64,000 nt of DNA, taken from NCBI RefSeq assembly GCF_028641065.1, contig NC_073381.1:16058001-16122000 (forward strand), in the 5' to 3' direction. The notes beneath the pieces were generated by a model. The model had not been told where the DNA came from. It ran no database searches and saw only the letters and a list, made by a program, of their open reading frames with translations. Source of the DNA: Leucoraja erinacea. Taxonomy: Eukaryota. Made by a program: the position numbers and the translations under genes. Positions 28,141-39,003 of the stretch are shown piece after piece. Numbering within the stretch: the stretch's first letter is position 1; each line of letters opens with the position of its first letter.

Positions 28141-31100
28141 ATATTGCAGCTTAATGCAGTGTGAATTGCACCCAACAAGTTGTTTACAGTGAGAAGAGGT
28201 TGTATAATGTGGGTCCCATTGGGAATGGCAGTGGCATGCCAGTGAATTCATCCTGCCGTTAAATAATCCTGTGGCTTCTCTCGTAGGGAAAAGGCTGCCA
28301 ACGCGGGCTCTCTATTCGCCAGCAACGCAGACTATTGAAACTAAAAATCCACGTGCTAACCTGCTTGTTAGCAAGTGGCAGCAGGTGTGGCTGTTGGCTC
28401 TGGACAGGCGGCGGAAGCTCAACGATGCGCTGGACAGGCTGGAGGAGGTGAGCATTTCAGCAGCATTGCTTCTCATACATTGATGTGCTTTTAAACCAGC
28501 GTCCTCTCAAATGAAACTACTATTTAATATTACGTGGATATACCAATGCAGTTCTATTTTTGGAACAACTCTTTTCAATTTGCAAATTTATTAAGTGATG
28601 GTAAACTGTTTTTTTCAGAATGTGCTTGTTGTTAAAATGTTGCAGGTCTCAAAGGGAGTTCAAGATTTCACCAAATAAGTTTTATGACTTTATTTACAAA
28701 GTATGGTTAGTGAGATTAATCTTGTTTCAAACCAAAGAAAGGCTGGAGGGGAGTTTCTAGATATTTTTTCCTGATGCAGTTTCATTGTCCTTTTGTTTTC
28801 AAAGAACATTGTATAAATCTTATGCCGCACATTTTGTTGGACGGTATGCAGTGTTTTCCATTTAACATTACATTTTGTATGAAATATATTCAGCATAGAT
28901 GGAGACAATGATAACTTACCACTGAATGCTTTTATTTTCCCTTGATTTATGTACACAGATCACTCAGTCAAAAAAGATCAAAGCTGGTAAATAACTAAGA
29001 TTTAACATGCAGAACAAATATCTGCTCTAATCATGCCAGGGAAATATTTTGATATTTCTAAAATGAACGATTAAAATACCATGTTGAGTGTGTTTACATT
29101 ATTTGGCAAGCCAGACATTTTCAACATAATAGTAATATATTATAAATACAGATACCTTTGTACTGTGGATATTTATGGAGGGTTTTTTTAAACCAAATTC
29201 CAACTGGTTCAGTTGGAATTTGCAATGTGCTTCTGATAATATCTCTCGACAGTAGTTATTTTTTCAAGCTTGTCTAGGTTGTTTGAAGCCATGTTTTCTT
29301 GTGCAAAGGAAAGGAGCTAATTTTCCAACCTATCCATTTAAATAGGGATTTTTCTTCAAATTGTAGCCGAGCTTTATAGATTTATTTATTGAAATCATAT
29401 TCTATGTCGCTCTTCCAGGGAGATGCTAACTGCATTTCGTTGTCTCTGTACTGTACACTGACAATGACAATTAAAGTTGAATCTGAATCTGAGCTGAATC
29501 TGAGTTTTTTTACCATGTGCAAGTTGAGGAACGTTGATGACTTTGCTTCCTTTGCAGCTGAGAGAATTTGCCAATTTTGATTTTGACGTTTGGCGGAAGA
29601 GATACATGCGATGGATGAACCACAAGAAGTCCAGAGTAATGGACTTTTTCAGACGCATCGATAAAGATCAAGATGGGAAAATCACAAGACAAGAATTTAT
29701 CGATGGAATTCTGTCTTCAAGTGAGTCTGGAAAGCCTCTTGCAATTGAATGGAATACTCTATTGTCACATGTGACAACTTACTTAATAACCTGGCATGTA
29801 GGGCAGCAATGAAAGTCCTCCACTCCTGTCTGTTCTGGGCTAGCTTCTGGACCCTACCTCAGGTCAGGTCCCACTTTTCCTTTTCCCTTCCGGTGTCCAG
29901 TGCAGGGCTATTCTTGGGATTCTGTCTGGTATTCAACCTAGCATCTGTTGATAGCCCTGGAAGTTCATCACGCCCAGTAGTGTTGATTCCTTCAGTTGCT
30001 GTTTCCGTAACATATTTGTTTTACGAGACAGGGTTGTTAGCCCTGTGCTCAACCTCCAACCTGGAGGACCAGTGGATCGCTCTTCGTCTCACCTCTACCC
30101 TTCGACCTGTCCAGCATGGGAGACCCTGACAGGAGACGATTCTCCCGCTAACATAGCTCTAGGGGTCACTGAGACGCACAAGCTCCCCGACCACGAGAAG
30201 GTTGCAATCCAACGGGGAGACGGTATGCAAATAGTCACCCATAAAGGGCACTTACAAAGTCACAAAATAACTCTGCCCTTGGTCCCCCTTAGTTCCTTCT
30301 CCCCCCCCTCCCCCTCCCCCTCCCTCCACTCATGGTGGTCCCTCCACGCTGGGTCCTCCATTGTCCATTGCTCATCCCCCTCCCTCTCACGGCAGTCCCC
30401 CCCACGCCCGGTTCTCCTTAGTTCCTTCCCTCGGCAGTGACGTCCTCACTCCCACGTGGTCCGTCCTCGTCCATCGACCACCTCACCAACCTCTCCACTC
30501 GCTGCCGGATCCTCTCCGGACGCCGACCCAGGCCCCAGCCGCAGACTGCATCGACTCGCGACGGGTGGGCTCCGACCTCAGCCGAATGTCTGCTGCAAGG
30601 AAGCCTCTTAATGTTACTCAAACGTGATAAAATTCTACTCCTATACAACGAGTTGAATTTTTATAATACCCTTAACTCCACTTTGAACAGTGAAAAAGGG
30701 TCATTTTCTTTGCATGTTCAGTGCCAGCTTTTGAAACGAGCAATTCCATTTTAATGCCCTTCCAAGTTTACCGATTTTCAACTCCCCATCCACCAAAATC
30801 CTGTAAAGAAATTCCAATTCCACACTTGCGTCAGTCCATTAGCCGTGATTCGCTGTGCCATTTTTCCTATTTTACCATTACTAAATCTCCTCATAACTTT
30901 GAACTTAAGCAACATAAATGGAAAATGAACATTTCCCTGCTGAAGGTTAACGTCTTTTCTTTCCATGGATGTTACCAAGCCCACTGAATGTTTCTAATGT
31001 TTCGCTAAAGCCTGTTACTGAATTTCTAGATTAACAATATATAGTAAAGGTAAGACATAGGACTAAAATTCAATTGTTTATTTTATGTGGATAAGTACAT

Positions 31101-34100
31101 CAGAAGTTCAAGTTCAAGTGAGTTTATTGTCATGTGTCCCTGTATAGAACAATGAAATTCTTGCTTTGTTTCAGCACACAGAACATAGTAGGCATTTACT
31201 ACACAACAGATCATATACCATGATATAAATATATACACACATGAATAAATAAACAATCTTCCAGTGACAGGGGTCTTGTCTAACTTCTGTCCAATATAGA
31301 ATAAAATGCTGAATTGAGCAGTAGTGTTCATGAAACAACCTGATTATTGTTTAAAAACCCTTCTGGTTCACATATATCCCAGAGGGAAAGAAATCTGCTG
31401 TCAAGCCTAAATGTGATTCCAGGTCCATGGAATGAACTTCTGCTTAGCTGCCTCTTGTATGACCTCAGCTCAAGGGCAATTGGGGATGCGAAATGTCTGC
31501 TGACGTTGCCAGCTATGCCCATGAATAAAGCATGATTCTACTGATCTTCCGAATGATCTTGTTGCCAACATCCACTAAGGGAAATTTGATACCGAGACCT
31601 GATTACACTGCAGCTGACATCGTCCACATGCCACTTTCATATTCTAACGCACTGTACACCACGGCATGGTGGCGTAGCGGTAGAGTTGTTGCCTTTCAGC
31701 ACCAGGGACCTGGGTTCGATCCTGACTATGGGTGCATGTCTGTACGGAGTTTGTACTCTCCCCGTGACTGTGGGTTTTCCCTGGATGCTCCAGTTTCCTC
31801 CCACACTCTAAAGATGTACAGGTTTGTAGGTTAATTGGCTTTGGTAAAATTTGTAACATTGTTTCTAATGTGGAGGATAGTGTGCAGTGTACAGGGGATC
31901 ACTAGTCGGTGCGGACTCGGTGGGCCAAAGGGCCTGTTTCCATGCTATATCACTAAACTAAACTACAAATCATTACTCATGATGGACTTTCAATTACAAA
32001 TTTGAGTGAATTTCCCAGCGGTATTATTTCATCCCCTTAGTCCCCAACACATTAAAGTTATTTTTATTTCTGTTCTGCCACTTGGCTAAGATGTGGCAGA
32101 TTGGCTCAGCACGAACTGAGATTTGAATTAATGACTCTCCAAAACACAAAATAATACCACGCCCTGACTTACTCGGTGTCTTGACTTCCAGTATGTCATT
32201 TACGATAAGATGTTAATAATTAAGCAATCCATATCCATAGAGTTTATGTTGAGGTATTTCGTTTTCTGCATCAGTTTAACAGAAGAGAAAGTTAATGGAA
32301 AATAATGAACCAAAGGGGAATGTGTTTATTCTTCTTCTGCAGAGTTTCCGACCAGCCGGTTGGAAATGAGTGCGGTGGCAGATATATTTGACAGAGACGG
32401 AGATGGCTACATCGACTATTATGAATTTGTGGCAGCACTTCACCCAAACAAGGATGCGTACAAACCACTTACCGATGCAGACAAAATAGAGGATGAGGTA
32501 TACACCCATTGTTTACAGATTTAAACTTTATTTCGTGGTATGATTTGACGATGGACACAGGAACATTTTGGTCAGCTGTTTAATTGTAACAGTCAATTCT
32601 TTTCTGACTTTTAAAGGCTTTTACATTTTTAATTTCTAACCAACGATCAAGTTTTTCTTTCCGCTCGTTGCCTCGCTGCGTGACCTTCATAAAGTACTAA
32701 AATGCTTTCCAACTCAACTTGCAATGATCACCCTGCGTTGTATTTTGTTGTAGGTGACACGGCAAGTCGCAAAATGTAAATGTGCGAAGCGGTTTCAGGT
32801 GGAGCAGATTGGGGAGAACAAATACAGGGTGAGTGTTGCGGTCTTTACCACATTAGAGGGCAAGCCATTACCAGCCTGCAGATGCTGGAATCTTGAGCAA
32901 AATGCAGGTGCCCCCCTATACCTGCTGCCTGACCCACTGAGTTCCTCCAGCAGTTTGTCTTTTACCCATTTTCATCCTGACTTTTTAAATTGTAATGTTT
33001 GGAGAAAAGAATAGCTTCATCTAAAAATAACTTCATTTAAAACCTACGAGTGCGAAGGAGGTTTCTTATCACTAAAACAATATTATTCATATCATGTGTT
33101 CTATACTGAACTTGCCTTTGGAATGCAAAGGTTGCAGAAAGAAATGACTAAATATTTACTTTGTGGACTGATAGCAGTAAGCAATTATAGCTTTAATTTG
33201 GGAATAATCTGAAAACAGAATCCAGCTAAGTGCCAAGTGATCCAATTTTTACACAGCATTTCAAGAAATAGAGTTGCAACTTAAAAAAGATAGAACACTG
33301 CTGATTTCCTGAGTAGTTATCCCATTAAAAATGGTATGTAGTTTGGGTTCTAATTAATTTAACTTCTTAAACGATAGTTTGGCTGTTGGATTTTGAAGAA
33401 TTACAGGCCACAGTGGTGTATTGGGCAGGAGCTGGTCTAAGGGGGTAAAGTGGAACAGAGTGCTCGACACTCATCAATCCAGTCCCTGAAATGACCTAAA
33501 TCTTTAGACACGGAGGGGCCAGAGAATTCTGTCTCTGAGAAATGTTCCTTAATCTTCTCAATTGAATTTTTCCCATGTCATACTGAATAATTATTCACAG
33601 CAAATCAAAAAAAGCTGGACAAGAATAATTAAACTTGGGAAAAACTGTTGAAGCAAGGTCAAGGTTTTTCAAAGTAAATGGAATTTAAGAGTTATTTTTC
33701 ACTCCCATTCTTGTGCAATGAGAATACTGTGCTGTTGCCACAACATCATGCATCAGTAGATGTGGCTAACTGATCCATGGTTTCCATGCTGAGTTTTTGA
33801 AAAAGCCATCCAATTAGTCCTATTTCCATGCTCTTTCCCCTTAACCCTGTATCTTATCGGCTTCTCAAATATAAATCGTGCCCTTTCAGCCAGAACTTTG
33901 CAGATTACAAGAATGCACTAAATAAAACAAATGCTCGTCAGTTCCCTCCATTCTTTCATTACACATTTTAAATGTGTATATGAACAACATAGCAACTTAT
34001 TAAATGAAAATAAAGAACACATCACTATTGATAAGGGCTTGAGGAAAACCAAGTTTCCTTCTAACTAAATTGCTTTATTCTTCATCAGACTTCTACCTTT

Positions 34101-34825
34101 GTTTGTTAACATGATGTCCTTGATAATTTTGTCAATTTCCCTGAGAATTATCCTCTCCCTCTCCCCTCTGCAATGCTTTCAGAATGAGGATTAGTTTGCC
34201 ACTTTTCATTCCCAAATCAGAATCAGAATCACACTTTATTCGCCAAGTATATTTTGCAACATACGAGGAATTTCATTGGCCAGGTCCGTCATACAATTAA
34301 AAGCAACAGATCACTCAAAACACATTTTAACATGAACATCCACCACAGTGACTCCTACACATTCCTCACTGTGATGGAAGGCAAAATAAAGTTCAAGCCC
34401 TTACTTAGTTCTTCCTCGGTCATGGGCCTCGAGCCCCCATTGACGGGGATGATCTTAACTCCCGTAGCCGGCGGTGTTCGGGCGCTCCGCGTCGAGGCGT
34501 TCTGCTCCTGCATCGGGGGAATGTCAGCTCCCCCGTGCCGGACAATCGAACCTCGTGTCGGGGCTAGTAGAACCTCCTGCGGCGTTGGAGCTCCCGACTC
34601 AGCCTCACCCGAGACTGCGAGCCCTTGGTGGTCACAGTGGGAGCGATCCCAGGCAAGGGATCCGCTCCGATGTTAAGTCCACGCCCCGCGGTGGGGCTGA
34701 CAACAGTCCGAGGAGGCCTCCAGCTCCAGCGATGTTAGGCTGCAGAGCCCGGAGAATGTGATCCGAAAATTGATCACATCTCCGGGAAGGTAAGAACCTG
34801 AAAAAAAAGTTTCCCCCTTCCCCCC

Positions 34826-34864
<39 letters not shown>

Positions 34865-37800
34865 CCCCCACATAAAGCAAACCGAAGAACATTAAAACAA
34901 ACTTTTAATGCATTTAAAAATAAATTGGATAGTTATATGGATGGGAAGGGAATGGAGGGTTATGGTCTGAGCGCAGGTATATGGGACTAGGGGAGATTAT
35001 GTGTTCGGCACGGACTAGAAGGGTCGAGATGGCCTGTTTCCGTGCTGTAATTGTTATATGGTTATATGCAAAAAATGAAGTACAATTTACCTTTTGCATG
35101 TTGGTGCAGTAGTTAGTGCAGCTACCTTACAGCTACAGGTATCCAGGTCTGACCCATATATGTGAAAAAACATAGGTTGCAGAGGTACAGGGGAATGGGA
35201 TTGATGAGATGGCTTTGCTAAGAGCTGGCATGGACCTGATGGGCTGAATCACCACCTTCTGTCTGGTAATTAATAAGTAACCACTTGAGTGCAGAGAATG
35301 CTTGGAAGTGCACTATGTAATTCACAAATAGAGAGAACATTTTGGAAAAGGTTGGTCAGGCAGCATCTGTGGAGAAACAAATGGGTAAGTTGCTGGAACT
35401 TGGTGCCAGACGGAAGCCGTCATGCACATCACTGCTGTAGCACATCACCGGCTATAGCCTAGACTCTTGCACTACTCCGATGTCTGCTTGATGGTAAATA
35501 CTGTTCTGCTCACAGATTGTGAAGCTTCAGATGGTGTACAGCCCAGAAGAAGCCAAGTCACAAAATATCTGACAAAAGCATCAACGCCAGAAAGGCACAA
35601 ACCAACCCCTGCCAGCTGACATTCACCTGCAACATCACTTATTTTTAAAGTGTTAATTGTTTCTTTCATAATGTAGATTTTGAATTTTCAGGGACATTTG
35701 CATGCTCTTTCCCCAGAAAATTCAAAAGCTAGGAATAATTTACATGTTAAAAATAACTGACGTTGAAGAAGAATGTTTAAAATAGCAATCATTAATTTTA
35801 AATGAACTGGAAAAGAAACAAATATTTTCACATAATCACCAGCTGTGAAGGTTAATAAACTTCTGGTATCTTTTTTTATAATGTTTTGTTTGGCATGTTA
35901 ATGAAGAGTTCATTTTTTCACACAGAGAGTGGTGAATCTCTGGAACTCTCTGCCACAGAGAGTTGAGGCCAGTTCATTGGCTATATTTAAGAGGGAGTTA
36001 GATGTGGCCCTTGTGGCTAAGGGGATCAGGGGGTATGGAGAGAAGGCAGGTACGGGATACTGAGTTGGATGATCACCCATGATCATATTGAATGGCGGTG
36101 CGGGCTCGAAAGGCTGAATGGCCTACTCCTGCACCTAATTTCTATGTTTCTATGTTTCTATAGCTTAATAGAAATTTACTTTATAAATGTACCAATGCCA
36201 TTTGTAAAACCCACCAACCTAGGTAGGACTTGGCTGTTCTTTTCCTTCCTTACTAGTGTACTGAGAATAGTTTCCATATGTGGTGAATAAGCAAAACTGT
36301 GGCAACTGTCCGCCATAGACAATAGGTGCAGGAGTAGGCCATTCGGCCCTTCGAACCAGCACCGCCATTCAATGTGATCATAGCTGATCATCCTCAGTCA
36401 GTACCCCGTTTCTGCCTTCTCCCCTGACTCCGCTATTTTTAAGAGCCCTATCTAGCTCTCTCTTGAAAGCATCCAGAGAACCTGCCTCCACCGCCCTCTG
36501 AGGCAGAGAATTCCACCGATACACCACTCTCTGTGAGAAAAAGTGTTTCCTCGTCTCCGGTCCAAATGGCTTACTCCTTATACTTAAACTGTGACCCCTG
36601 GTTCTGGACTCCCCCAACATCGGGAACATGTTTCCTGCCTCTAGCATGTCCAAGCCCTTAACAATCTTATATGTTTCAATGAAATTACCTTTCATCCTTC
36701 TAAGCTCCAGAGTGTACAAGCCCAGCTGCTCCATTCTCTCAGCATATGACAGTCCCGCCATCCCAGGAATTAAACTTGTAAACCTACGCTGCACTCCCTC
36801 AATAGCAAGAATGTCCTTCCTCAAATTAGGGGACCAAAACTGCACACAATTGCCGTCCTTCATTGACTGAAAGAGCTTTCTGGTTGAGGCTGCTTTAGTT
36901 TCCAATATTTACTTTTATCAGGCTTATTGTTAAACCATCACTAGATCGGAGGAATCGGTGGAGAAATTTTTGGTGGATCTTCTCTTTCTATTAACAATCC
37001 CACAGTAATGATGTCATTCAAAGATATCAAACTAAGTTTAATATTGTTTTATGGTAGAGGATTGTCACTTGGATCCATGTAGAAAGCAATCCTATGAAGT
37101 TTACTTTCCATAAGATAGACAGTGAAAAGGTAAATTGATACATTCAAAATTTCCTTTAGAAATTCCTTTATACTCCTTTATAATTTACTGTATTTCCCGG
37201 CAATGAAGACGCACCTGCGTCAAAGATGGACCCCCAGTTGCTAAATTTTGAAAAAAGGCTGGCGGGTCATAGAATTTCTCACGCTCACGAAAATAAAAAA
37301 TAAAAATGAAGAAAGTTACAATTCAATTTGCCCAAGGCTTCCAGATCTTCTCCATTCTGAATGACTGAATGGGTGGAGGGTGAGGGCAGGTGGGGAGATG
37401 GTGGGGAAAAACGGGAGCACACCGGGACAAGTTGAATCAGTTGTGATCTTATTGAATGACAATACTAGTTCAAGGGACCAATTGAGGTTACTCGCGCTGA
37501 CACAGGAGTAAGCTCCACCGCCCACTGTCCTGTTATCCATCTCCCGCTGACCCGCTCCACTCTATGATCTTTGCTCTTGAGTTGGTCCCCTCACCGTCCG
37601 GTCTCCGAGCCAGGTCAAAAATAGGGATAACCAGAATTTCAAAACTAATACCAACTGCTTTTGTGCGCGTCTGTTGACAAGACAGCAGCATTCTTATTCT
37701 CTCTGTTATTCTCACTTGCCCGACAAGCATCACGCACCTCCAAAGCATGTCCCCATGCAAATTTACATTGAAAGACACGGACAGGGCAGTGAATGCCATG

Positions 37801-38956
37801 CAGGGTCACCCAGCGCAGCAAGTGAGGCAGTGTCCTGCTCCCGGTGGCAGTCGGATTTTAAGGATTTGCTGGAAGTGGCTGACATGAGCGAGGCCGGCGA
37901 GCAGCAGGAGAGAGGCGTTCAGACTGAGAGCACTGTCAGAGGTGAGCGGGACGGCAGAAGGCGCTGAGGTGGCGGCCGGTTCCGCTGTCCGGTCCCGGCG
38001 GCCGCTCACAGCCTCCCGAGCTACTTCCCTCGCTGGCCACAATGCGGATGTTCCGCACCCGGAGCACCGCGGCAGCGGTGAGTGAATGAGTTGCTGGCAT
38101 GATCCCCGACCCCCTCCTTCTCAACGCTCCCGCCCTCCCCGCAAGTTTACCACTGGCAGCCCAGGCCGTGCTGACCCAGGCCAGACTCCCCACACGCTGT
38201 GAAAGGAACTATCTGCCCCCCAACGGCGCTGCCCTTTTACAGCCGCATCCCATCTGCTGCCAGCAATGAGCGATAGACTTGGCTATCCTTCAGTACAGCA
38301 AGATCGTTCCTGATGTTGCTGTACTGAAGGATAGCCCAGTCTATCTATCTTGGCTAACAACCTAACCTTTGGCCTCCAAGACGCAGGTACATTTACGTGC
38401 CTTATTTTTGCGTAAAAAATAGCATCTTCATGACCGGGAAATATGGTATTTAATTCCATTGTTAAAATGTACTAGCCTATATAGTACTTAGTAGCATAAG
38501 GGAATAAGTGCTCAATGTCTAGCCTACACAGATTCAACCACAAACAAGGCAAGGGTTGGTTTTGGCATTCCCTGGGCCAGGAAGAGCAGGGAAAATTAAC
38601 CATCTAGCAGCTATTTCACTGACATGTGGTGTGAACCGACATGTACGTGAATGTTCAGTGGGGTCAGTCAGGGTCATCCCTGATGCTCTGTGTCTTCGAG
38701 TTTCCTTTCAAAGGTGTAGCCATGTTTCACTGATACAGAACAGATCTTGTTTGGAGCAGTGCAACCTTGTCAGTCTTATGCAACGATATGATGATACTTG
38801 ATAATGTATTGTCAATTGCACCCAAGTACAGTGACATTTTTTGTTTTTGCATATAAAGCACACAAAAGAGTAGCCACAAAGGCACCGACTAAGTTACATA
38901 AAGTACTCATCCGTACTTTATTTTCCCCTCCTCCAAGCCGGGTCCCCCTTAGTTCT

Positions 38957-39003
<47 letters not shown>

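Noticed and set aside
34820-34870. Long poly-C/G tracts (also 38959-39001, 49502-49575) as G-quadruplex elements or poly-Gly/Pro ORFs
   Set aside because: They lie within TE copies, and homopolymer length is unreliable in assemblies
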